Positions 38,727 to 47,134 of a stretch of DNA of 64,000 bases are shown here, piece by piece. Every line of letters starts with the position of its first letter. Position 1 is the stretch's first letter. The stretch is taken from NCBI GenBank assembly GCA_036524155.1, contig DATDCV010000050.1, forward strand, positions 412 to 64,411, in the 5' to 3' direction. Position numbers and translations under genes: made by a program. The stretch comes from Verrucomicrobiia bacterium (lineage in GTDB: Bacteria > Verrucomicrobiota > Verrucomicrobiia > Limisphaerales > UBA8199). The notes beneath the pieces are model-generated. The model worked only from the letters and a program-made list of their open reading frames with translations. It was not told the origin of the DNA and searched no databases.

Positions 38727-41610
38727 TGGGCGGCCCAGGCGGCACTTGACGAATCACGTCGCTGGCCTCCTTGAGCAGGAGACGAGCAAGGACCCAGTCG
38801 CGCCAATGCCACATGTCAAACCCGAGATCAAAACCGGTCTCAATCAAGTTCTGGGCCTGCTCCAGCTCCAAGCGACCTGCTGGGTCGTTTCCAAGTTGAT
38901 GGAGCGACATGGCCAAAAGGACACGATCGATGGCATGCGGCAGCGCCACATTGCCTACCTTGGGAAGGCTTCGGTGAACCCACTCCGACGCTTTCGTGAA
39001 ATGCCCGCGCCTATACTCGAGAAGGCTCAGGAGGATGGCATACGATGGGTTTTCATTGGCGTTCCCCAGGGCGCGACTCAACAGTGCGGCAAACGGTTCC
39101 AAGGTCGCGGCGGTCCGCTCGTCGAGAGGACGCATCAGGTTAATCGTCAAGACCCTCTCAGCGGTCCGCTCGTCCGGGTCTTTGAACCGTGAGGCCATCT
39201 CTTCACGCAGGCGCAAATACCCGTTCTCGTCGCGCAATTGCAGGCAGGCGATGGCGGCGTCCTGATAATCCATCGTGGCGTGGTCCAGCGAATCCTCCTG
39301 GTTGGACTGCACGCAATATCGGGAGCACCGAAGCGAGTCACTCCATTCACCGCGCAAACCGTGCCACTGCCCCAAAGCGCGAATGAGGGCAACCTGCTCC
39401 AGACTGGGTGCGCCTCCAGGCGCTCGACCAACGGATTGGTCAGCTTGTTCCAGCATTTCATCCCACTCCCGCATCAAAAGGGCGGTGACTGCCCAATCGT
39501 ACCAGGGCGCCTGGAGATAGGTTGGCTCGCTCATTCCGGGAAAAATCTCGGACCGGGCAGTCAGGGTTACGAGCCCTTGCTTAGCCCCAGCCTGGGCCAA
39601 GGCGTACCCTTTGGTCCATTCCACCATGGCGCCCCAGTAGTCCTTCAGTTGCCAGAGGGCCAGCGCCTGGATTAGCGAAAAGGTTGCGAGCCTCGGAGGG
39701 TTGTCCAGACGAATTTGGGGACTTAGTGTGTATTTGAAATTACCGCGGCGATATTCCAGCAACACCAAAGCGTCGCTACTGACTGCGTACCGAGCCATTG
39801 GACCGTCTTCTGCTGGAGTGGGAACTCTTGATGTAGCCACTCCCAAAGCAGTCGCAAGCGACTGGAGCAGGTTCGGCTCCGCGGGCCAGAGCAGGCAGGC
39901 TTTGATGACCGGGTTGGGCAAGGGGGCCCCTGCGGGTGTAAACCTGGTCATCACGCCCTGACGCCACTGTTCGTAGCTGCGGCGGTCCCCGGCTTGAACC
40001 CAGGCTAGCGCCAGGCGTAATTGATCCAGGCTGGTTATATCGGGACTGTCTAATTGGTTCACCTTGATCAGTGAGCTGAACCGCTCAGCCGCTTGTTGCC
40101 ATCGGCCCCTGGTGGCGTGCCAATCGCCTAATGCCCGTAATTCGGCGGCAACTTCGATCGACGGCTTATGGAGCGGGATTTTCGCGAGGAGCTTATCAGC
40201 TTCGTCAAAACGGCGTTGTGTCACCAGCGCCGCCACATAGGACGTCTTTTCTCGTGACTCAGCCTCTTTCCTCACCCGGGCCTCGATAAACAAGAGCAGG
40301 GTGGAAACGATAGTAGCCAGGACCAAGGTCGCAACCGCAACGGCTCCGAACAGAAACGCCATTCGGTTTCGGCGCATTAACTTCTGGAGCGAATACAGCC
40401 GGCTGGGCGGCCGCGCAAGAATTGCTTCCTCGTGCAGATAACGCTCGATGTCCTCCGCCAAAGCGTTGGCGGTCGCATAGCGGCGGGTGCGATCCTTCTC
40501 GAGGCACTTGAGCACAATCCAGTCCAAATCACCGCGAAGCTGAGAAACCAACCGGGGCGCTTCAACCTGAAGCCTCCTGGCGGTCTTGGTGAGTTCCTCG
40601 TTGTTCAGCGTCCTGAGTTTCGCTGATGGGCTCAATGGGTCCCGCTCGCAAATCGTGCGCCTCAACTCCTCCACCCCGAGTCTCAAAAGGTCCGTCGTCT
40701 CGAAAGGAGTGCGACCGGTCAGCAGTTCGTAAAGCAATACCCCGAGGGAGTAAATGTCGCTCCGGGTGTCAAGGTTGAGCCCGCTCATCTCCATCTGTTC
40801 TGGACTCATGTACGCGGGGGTACCCATCAACTGGGCATACGAGGTGAAGAGAGTCTTGTCGGTCAGGCGTTGCTCGGTTGCCTTGGCGATCCCAAAATCG
40901 ATTACTTTGGGAACCGGCACCCCGTCATGCATGGTGACCATTATGTTCGAGGGCTTCAGGTCCCGGTGAATGATCCCTTTTTGGTGGGCATGCTGGACCG
41001 CGTTGCAAACCTGAACGAACAACTTCAGCCGCTCCCGCATGCCGACTCGGTTCTGGTCACAGTACTCGGTGATTTTGACCCCGTAGACCAACTCCATCAC
41101 GAAATAAGGCCGACCGGTTTCGGTCGCGCCGGCATCGAGGACACGAGCAATGTTGGGATGGTCCATCAGAGCCAAAGCCTGGCGCTCCGCCTCGAACCGA
41201 GCGATCACGTTCTTCGTATCCATCCCTAGCTTGATGATCTTCAGGGCGACTCTTCGGCGGATCGGCTGTTCCTGCTCCGCCATATAGACCACCCCGTAAC
41301 CGCCTTCACCAAGCTTTTGGAGCAATTTGTAGGGGCCGATGCGTTTGCTTTCGGGGAGTTCAGGCTCGAGCGCCGATTCCGCCGCGGAAAGGACCTGTTG
41401 CGCATCTCCCGCCTCGGGGCCCAAGGCGAGTTCGCAATCCTTAAAAAAGCCGCCGGCCTCTTCCGAAAGACCCAGCAATCGTTCGACCTGCTCGCGCAAT
41501 GCTTGATCGGCCCCGCAGACCCGCTCGAGAAAAAGACGGCGTTGCGCTGGATCAGTGATCTCCAGCGCCTGGCAAAACGCCGCTTTTTCGCGCGGGACTC
41601 GATTGCTCAT
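38710..41610 (-). CDS. membrane Ser/Thr protein kinase with two C-terminal ~240-aa repeat modules (966 aa)
   Basis: Hanks motifs: GEGGYGVVYMA, VALKII, HRDLKPSNIM, DFGIAK, GTPAYMSPEQ. A single TM helix (MAFLFGAVAVATLVLATIVSTLLLF) is followed by a helical repeat region. Confidence 0.9.
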   Translation of the reverse strand: MSNRVPREKAAFCQALEITDPAQRRLFLERVCGADQALREQVERLLGLSEEAGGFFKDCELALGPEAGDAQQVLSAAESALEPELPESKRIGPYKLLQKLGEGGYGVVYMAEQEQPIRRRVALKIIKLGMDTKNVIARFEAERQALALMDHPNIARVLDAGATETGRPYFVMELVYGVKITEYCDQNRVGMRERLKLFVQVCNAVQHAHQKGIIHRDLKPSNIMVTMHDGVPVPKVIDFGIAKATEQRLTDKTLFTSYAQLMGTPAYMSPEQMEMSGLNLDTRSDIYSLGVLLYELLTGRTPFETTDLLRLGVEELRRTICERDPLSPSAKLRTLNNEELTKTARRLQVEAPRLVSQLRGDLDWIVLKCLEKDRTRRYATANALAEDIERYLHEEAILARPPSRLYSLQKLMRRNRMAFLFGAVAVATLVLATIVSTLLLFIEARVRKEAESREKTSYVAALVTQRRFDEADKLLAKIPLHKPSIEVAAELRALGDWHATRGRWQQAAERFSSLIKVNQLDSPDITSLDQLRLALAWVQAGDRRSYEQWRQGVMTRFTPAGAPLPNPVIKACLLWPAEPNLLQSLATALGVATSRVPTPAEDGPMARYAVSSDALVLLEYRRGNFKYTLSPQIRLDNPPRLATFSLIQALALWQLKDYWGAMVEWTKGYALAQAGAKQGLVTLTARSEIFPGMSEPTYLQAPWYDWAVTALLMREWDEMLEQADQSVGRAPGGAPSLEQVALIRALGQWHGLRGEWSDSLRCSRYCVQSNQEDSLDHATMDYQDAAIACLQLRDENGYLRLREEMASRFKDPDERTAERVLTINLMRPLDERTAATLEPFAALLSRALGNANENPSYAILLSLLEYRRGHFTKASEWVHRSLPKVGNVALPHAIDRVLLAMSLHQLGNDPAGRLELEQAQNLIETGFDLGFDMWHWRDWVLARLLLKEASDVIRQVPPGPPSDAPR

Positions 41611-41690
41611 TTGTTGCTATTTGTCTATGCGCTAATGCGACGAACCCAGCCCGGTTTCGCCAGAATTATTTCAAAATCTCAGCGGTTAAT
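40291..41690 (-). repeat. paralogous segment A (leader, N-terminal domain, kinase domain and TM of the downstream kinase)
   Basis: Collinear with 44059-45455. Amino acids are near-identical. Nucleotide differences are concentrated at wobble positions. Part of the 5' leader is also conserved (tggcgaaa...gtcgcatta). Confidence 0.85.
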
Positions 41691-41724
41691 TTGAGGCAGT
41701 CCTGTAGCGAAGCCGTCTTATTAA

Positions 41725-44700
41725 TCACGGGGCACCCCCTTGTGCGGAGTCGCGCCTAGCCGGCAGCGATTCCGAAGCTTCACGCAAGAGGACCCGGGCG
41801 AACACCCAGTCGAACCAGAGCCCGCGATCCCATCGAGCGTGCTTGAGCCCGTCCTCGAACCCGTTCTCGAGGATTGCGCGGGCTTGCTCAAACTCCGCGA
41901 GGCCGCTTTGGAGCTCTTGCTCCTGTCGAAGAGACATGGCCAGGATGAGACGGGCGGTGGCAGTTCGGACAGGGATCTCCTGGCGGCACGCCAGGCAAAT
42001 GCGGCTCCAGTCAATGGCCTGGGCATAATGACCGCTCCGATACTCGAAGAGTGCGAGTGAAGTCGCTCGCCACGCTTCGCGGAGGGCTATGATTTCCGGG
42101 CCTTCATTTGCACTGGTAAACGGACGAGCCGCAACCTTAGCAAGCGGCGCCAGCCCAGAAAGCACTTCGTCGCTAGCAGGCTGGAGGAGGCTGATTTTAA
42201 TGATCCGCTCAGCGGCAGGTTGAAGGTCGGTTCCTTTGAATCGGCCTATGGCTTCCTCACGAAAGTTCCTGTACCCTACTTTATCGCCGATCTCCGCCAG
42301 GACGGCGCCGCAGGCCAAATAATCGAGTGTCGCAACGTCCCAGCCGTCCAGTTGATCTAGCTTCAGAACCGTGCCGAACCATCGAGCCGCCTCGCGCCAC
42401 TCCTGACGCAAGGCATGCCAGTCGCCCAGTGCCCGGTAATCGGCCGCGATGGACGGACTGGCCGGGGGCAGCGTCGCTTGCGCCACGGCTCCGTCAGTCC
42501 GTGCGAATTGCTCCTGGCACTCACGCAAGAGGATCCGCGCCAACACCCAATCGTACCAGTGATGTTCGGGGTCGTTGCTCGGGTTGGGATTCAGACCGTG
42601 CCCGAACTCGCTCTCGATTCGCTCCTGGGCCTCGATCATTTTCGGCACGGCTTCCCGGTACTGATGCGTATGCCAGTCAGACATCGCCAGAATCAGTTGG
42701 GCCGTCGTGGTCCAGAGTACGTTCCTTTCGGGATAGGCCAGGCTTTTGCGACAGAGGCCGATTGCTTTGTCGTAATTTCCTCGTCGGTACTCCAGCAGTT
42801 CCAGTGATAACGAGTTCCACGCCTCGGGATAACCGGAATTATTGCCAATAGTTTCTTCGCATACCCGTGCACAGGGCTCAAGAAGATCCAGGAACTGCCT
42901 GGGAGCGGGCAACAAGAGGCAAGATTTGATGACCCGATTCGCCGCAGTCGCGTTAGTCGTATCACCATAGCGGGTGACAAAGTTCTCGCGGAAACGGTCA
43001 AAGTCGTCTCGCTTGTTCGCTTCCGCTAATGCGAGACTGAGCTTGAAATGGTCCAGCGTGATAGTCTCCCAACCCTCAGATCGGTCCAGTTCGGCCAACA
43101 CAGCCAGGCGTTCAGCGGCATCCTGCCACTCCTGGCGAAGCGCATGCCACTCGCCTAACACGCGATATTTGGCGGCGGTTTCCACGTCGGCAGCCGGCAT
43201 AGTCAAGGAAGCCAGCGAACGATCGGTTGCCAAAAGTCGCTCCTGGCACTCGCGAATAAGGATACGGACTGGGACCCAGTCGAACCAATTCTGCATGACT
43301 CCATTATTCGGGTTAACGCTGAGCCCACTCCTGAATGCCGAGTCCATCTGGCCCTGGGCCCGGTTCAGTTCGGAGAAACCTTCCGGATATTGCCCCAATC
43401 GCCAGGCGGCCAAACCCTGGATCACATGCGCGAGGGCCGTTCGAGGAGCGTCGCAAGCGGGAGAACCGAGACATCGTATGCAAAGGGTCGCGGCTTTCGA
43501 CTCATTACCACGCCGGTGTTCCAACAAGGCCAATTCCGATAAAGTTAAGGGCGTGCGGGAGGTCGCAACCCGTTCGGAAGTCGCGAGCGCCCTTTCGGCA
43601 GCGTCTGCCACTGGTTGGAGATTGTCCAAGAGCTGTTGGTTTGCCGGTAGAAGCAGACAACATGTGATAAGCTGGTCCGGAAAGTCCTTGGTTGGGCCAC
43701 CTCCGCTGCCAAGCCACGAAACGATGTCCTGGCGGAACTGCTCGTAATCATCGCGGTGGCCGGACCCGACCAATGCCGCGCCAAGCCTAAATTGGTCCAG
43801 CGAGCTTCCCCAAATATCCTCCGGGTGCAGCTTGGTTAATGACGCAAAGCGCTCAATGGCCCGCGGCCACCGGCCATGAATCGCATTCCAATCGCCTGTT
43901 ATACGCAACAAAGCTTCTGCCTCCGGAGATGGCTTCTGGAGCGAAGCCTGACTGATTAATTCATCAGCTTGTTCGTAGTGGTTTTGCGCCATTAACAAGC
44001 TAATCTCTTTGATTGTTTCACGCGACTCCGCCTCGCGCCGCAGATGCGCTTCCCTAATCAAAAGCCAGGTTGAAGTAATGCTGCCAAGAAGCAACGCCGC
44101 TACCGCTGCGGCTCCGAGCAGGAATACCATGCGGTTTCTGTGCACCAGCTTTTGCAGTCGATACCATTGGCTGGGTGGCCGGGCGAGAACGGCTTCGTCA
44201 TGCAAGTAACGCCCGATGTCCTCCGCCAGCGCGTTCGCCGCCGCGTATCGGCGCGTGCGGTCCTTCTCAAGGCACTTAAGCACGATCCAGTCCAAATCAC
44301 CGTGGAGTTGAGACAACAGGCGGGGTGCCTCCACCTGAAGCTGCCTCGCGGTTTTGGTGAGCTCCTCGTTGTTTAGTGTTTTCAGTTTGGCCGAGGGGCT
44401 CAATGGGTCGCGTTCACAGACCGTGCGCCTCAGTTCGTCCATTCCCAATTTCAATAAATCCGTCGTATCAAAGGGCGTGCGACCCGTCAGCAACTCGTAG
44501 AGCAACACCCCCAGGGAGTAGATATCACTACGCGTATCGAGGTTCAGCCCGCTCATCTCCATTTGCTCGGGACTCATGTAAGCGGGCGTGCCCATCAATT
44601 GCGCATAGGACGTGAAGAGCGTCTTGTCTGTCAGGCGTTGCTCCGTGGCTTTGGCTATGCCGAAATCAATCACTTTGGGTACGGGCACCCCGTCATGCAT

Positions 44701-45378
44701 GGTAACCATGATGTTCGAGGGCTTGAGGTCCCGGTGAATAATCCCTTTTTGGTGGGCATGCTGCACGGCGTTGCAGACCTGGATGAACAACTCCAGCCTT
44801 TCCCGCATGCTCACGCGGTTCTGATCGCAGTACTCAGTGATCTTGACCCCATACACGAGTTCCATCACAAAGTACGGGCGACCAGTTTCAGTGGCTCCGG
44901 CGTCAAGGACCCGAGCAATATTAGGATGGTCCATCAGAGCCAAGGCCTGGCGCTCGGCCTCGAACCGAGCGATCACGTTCTTGGTATCCATCCCCAGCTT
45001 GATGATCTTCAGGGCCACCCGACGGCGAATGGGGTGTTCCTGCTCGGCCATATAGACCACTCCGCAACCGCCTTCCCCAAGCTTCTGGAGTAATTTGTAG
45101 GCGCCGATGCACTGCGTCTCGGGGATTTCAGGCTGCAGCGCCGCTTCGGCCGCCGAAAGCACCTGCTCGGAATCGCCGGCTGCCGGCTCCAATGCAGAAG
45201 CACATTCCTTGAAGAAATCGCCGGCGCCCTGTGAGAGCGCCAATAACTTCTCGACTTGAGCGCGCAATTCCTGATCGGCGCCGCAGGCCTGGTCGAGGAA
45301 TTGGCGGCGTTGCGCCAAGTCCGTTATTCCCAGCGCCTCACAAAACACAGCCTTCTCGCGCGGGGCTCGAGTGCTCAT
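41725..45378 (-). CDS. membrane Ser/Thr protein kinase with three C-terminal ~240-aa repeat modules (1217 aa)
   Basis: Same architecture as 38710..41610, with a near-identical kinase core, a single TM helix (MVFLLGAAAVAALLLGSITSTWLLI), then three modules. Confidence 0.9.
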   Translation of the reverse strand: MSTRAPREKAVFCEALGITDLAQRRQFLDQACGADQELRAQVEKLLALSQGAGDFFKECASALEPAAGDSEQVLSAAEAALQPEIPETQCIGAYKLLQKLGEGGCGVVYMAEQEHPIRRRVALKIIKLGMDTKNVIARFEAERQALALMDHPNIARVLDAGATETGRPYFVMELVYGVKITEYCDQNRVSMRERLELFIQVCNAVQHAHQKGIIHRDLKPSNIMVTMHDGVPVPKVIDFGIAKATEQRLTDKTLFTSYAQLMGTPAYMSPEQMEMSGLNLDTRSDIYSLGVLLYELLTGRTPFDTTDLLKLGMDELRRTVCERDPLSPSAKLKTLNNEELTKTARQLQVEAPRLLSQLHGDLDWIVLKCLEKDRTRRYAAANALAEDIGRYLHDEAVLARPPSQWYRLQKLVHRNRMVFLLGAAAVAALLLGSITSTWLLIREAHLRREAESRETIKEISLLMAQNHYEQADELISQASLQKPSPEAEALLRITGDWNAIHGRWPRAIERFASLTKLHPEDIWGSSLDQFRLGAALVGSGHRDDYEQFRQDIVSWLGSGGGPTKDFPDQLITCCLLLPANQQLLDNLQPVADAAERALATSERVATSRTPLTLSELALLEHRRGNESKAATLCIRCLGSPACDAPRTALAHVIQGLAAWRLGQYPEGFSELNRAQGQMDSAFRSGLSVNPNNGVMQNWFDWVPVRILIRECQERLLATDRSLASLTMPAADVETAAKYRVLGEWHALRQEWQDAAERLAVLAELDRSEGWETITLDHFKLSLALAEANKRDDFDRFRENFVTRYGDTTNATAANRVIKSCLLLPAPRQFLDLLEPCARVCEETIGNNSGYPEAWNSLSLELLEYRRGNYDKAIGLCRKSLAYPERNVLWTTTAQLILAMSDWHTHQYREAVPKMIEAQERIESEFGHGLNPNPSNDPEHHWYDWVLARILLRECQEQFARTDGAVAQATLPPASPSIAADYRALGDWHALRQEWREAARWFGTVLKLDQLDGWDVATLDYLACGAVLAEIGDKVGYRNFREEAIGRFKGTDLQPAAERIIKISLLQPASDEVLSGLAPLAKVAARPFTSANEGPEIIALREAWRATSLALFEYRSGHYAQAIDWSRICLACRQEIPVRTATARLILAMSLRQEQELQSGLAEFEQARAILENGFEDGLKHARWDRGLWFDWVFARVLLREASESLPARRDSAQGGAP

Positions 45379-45455
45379 TTGGGCAAGTGCCTATCTGTTC
45401 ATGTACCATTAATGCGACAAATGCAGGCCACTTTCGCCAACAAGATCCAGATTCT
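44059..45455 (-). repeat. paralogous segment B (leader, N-terminal domain, kinase domain and TM of the upstream kinase)
   Basis: See segment A. The offset is 3768 nt over the kinase core. Confidence 0.85.
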
Positions 45456-45462
45456 TCGGAGT

Positions 45463-46068
45463 TCACTGATGCTCGCTGATGTAGCGAAACAGCCAGGCCC
45501 TGGCATAGGCCCACTGCCGATCCAGCGTTCGACTCGCAAGCCCTAGAGTCTCAGCGATTTCCGCGTTGTTTAACCCACCAAAAAACTTTAGCACCACAAT
45601 GCGCTCCAGTTCCGGGTCTTCTTCCTTCAGCTTCGCTAAAGCCTCGTCCACCATCAAAACCTTGTCATCAGGCGTGGTCTCAGCCAATTCCAAGTCCTCG
45701 ATGTTCAACCGCGCCTGCCCGCCGCCATGCTTGAGCCGGGATTTATGGCGTGCCCGTTCGATCAAAATGCGGCGCATGGCCTCTGCGGCTGCGCCGAAAA
45801 AGTGCGCGCGGTTTTGCCACGTCCGGTCTCCGTCGCTTACCAATCGCAGCCAAGCCTCGTGAACCAAGGCCGTCGGTTGAAGCGTTTGGCCGGCCATTTC
45901 ATTCGCCATCCGCGCCGCGGCTAACCGCCTCAATTCGGCATAGACCAGCGGAAGCAGCTTCTCGGCCGCGCCTTCCTCACTACGGCCAATCGCGTGCAAG
46001 ACCTGCGTGATTTCAGCAGCTTCCGGCATGGCGTACAACATTATACGCCCTGAAGGGCTGCGATCCAA
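45463..46068 (-). CDS. ECF-type sigma-70 factor of the kinase-associated class (TIGR02999-like)
   Basis: ITQVLHAIGRSEEGAAEKLLPLVYAELRRLAA and PTALVHEAWLRL form region 2. NNAEIAETLGLASRTLDRQWAYARAWL forms region 4. It lies immediately upstream of the Ser/Thr kinases. An alternative start is MPEAAE at 46029. Confidence 0.88.
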   Translation of the reverse strand: MDRSPSGRIMLYAMPEAAEITQVLHAIGRSEEGAAEKLLPLVYAELRRLAAARMANEMAGQTLQPTALVHEAWLRLVSDGDRTWQNRAHFFGAAAEAMRRILIERARHKSRLKHGGGQARLNIEDLELAETTPDDKVLMVDEALAKLKEEDPELERIVVLKFFGGLNNAEIAETLGLASRTLDRQWAYARAWLFRYISEHQ

Positions 46069-46463
46069 GACAAACGGAGGCCGGGAAAACCTCGGAATCG
46101 TCCGCGGCTCGTGCGGAACGGGGGTCGTCAGTCATTCACTCATTTCAACCAGATGTTCCAGAAAATCCTTGGTGAGTCGCTCCGCCATTGGCCTTCACCC
46201 GAAGCCATGCTTTCTGCAGGTTTCCGGGTTAAGAAGCCCACAGAATATCGGCAGAAGATGCAGGGCAGCAAAAACCCAGCCTGATCGCCGAGATCGCAAC
46301 CGGTACTTCCTGGCCTGGACAACCTTGGGTCAGCCTCGCTGTCCTTCAGCGCGCTTCAGTAATCGAAGCAGCATCAGCACCACCAGCGAACGAGGCCGAG
46401 GCAGTACGATCGCCCTTTGCCAAAGCTTGGAATTTTAAGCGAAATCGCGCATTTCACTTTGGC

Positions 46464-47039
46464 ATGGATAGCGATGCTGTCTTTATTAGGCTGTTTTTAT
46501 TGGTGGCGGTGGGTTCGTGCGTAACCGCGGTAGTGCTCTGGATCGCAGACTCGATCTTTCACCGGCCCCTTCCGATTCGGATACCATCGCTTTATGGGCC
46601 GGTCGCTCGGCTGGCATTCCATCCCAGCCGGAACGTTCGTCGGGCTTTCCGTTTCTGGTTCAGCAAGGTGTACCGCAAGTGGTTCTGGAATCCGACAATG
46701 GGCGCTTTGATCAGCACCAAGGGCTTTGATCGGAAACGCCATCTCCAAGCCGCCAACATGCACGCGGCATGTTCCGTCTTAGCCCTCTCCGTAATAGTTG
46801 CCTTTCTGCACCTCGCCCACAAGGCATCGCTCTCAGGCCAATTGGACGCTAGACTCACATGCATCGTTTGGGCGGCAGGGATGGCGACTTTCGAGCTGGT
46901 TTTCAACGCTCCGGCAATAGTCTTGTCGCGCTACCTGTACCGGCTCACCTTTCGCAAGCGCGGACTCACTGGCGCATCGACTGCGGGCGGCGGCACTCCG
47001 GGTTCTGGGCCTGCTAAGCATCCATCGGGCATGAGATAA
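46464..47039 (+). CDS. hypothetical membrane protein
   Basis: Has 3-4 hydrophobic segments (FIRLFLLVAVGSCVTAVVLWI, ACSVLALSVIVAFLHL, CIVWAAGMATFELVF). No family was confidently recognised. Confidence 0.5.
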   Translation: MDSDAVFIRLFLLVAVGSCVTAVVLWIADSIFHRPLPIRIPSLYGPVARLAFHPSRNVRRAFRFWFSKVYRKWFWNPTMGALISTKGFDRKRHLQAANMHAACSVLALSVIVAFLHLAHKASLSGQLDARLTCIVWAAGMATFELVFNAPAIVLSRYLYRLTFRKRGLTGASTAGGGTPGSGPAKHPSGMR

Positions 47040-47134
47040 ACCCTGAGCTGCAAGACCAACCGCGTCTAATAGATCCCTTCAGGGTTTCATTGCAGCCCCC
47101 CGGCAGAGAGGCAATCGTTTTCGCAGCTCTAAAT

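Noticed and set aside
46069-46463. Possible decayed gene between the ECF sigma gene and the membrane-protein gene. Minus-strand frames read ...RAIVLPRPRSLVVLMLLRLLKRAEGQRG* and KVVQARKYRLRSRRSGWVFAALHLLPIFCGLL....
   Set aside because: These are fragments only, interrupted by stops, and no family was recognised. They could equally be the ECF promoter region. There is not enough evidence to annotate.
47038-47096. Inverted repeats aaaccctga/tcagggttt (47038-47046 / 47079-47087) and gctgcaa/ttgcagc between convergent genes, as a possible bidirectional terminator.
   Set aside because: The two pairs are interleaved rather than nested. The loop is 32 nt and there is no U-tract. Support is too weak to call a terminator.
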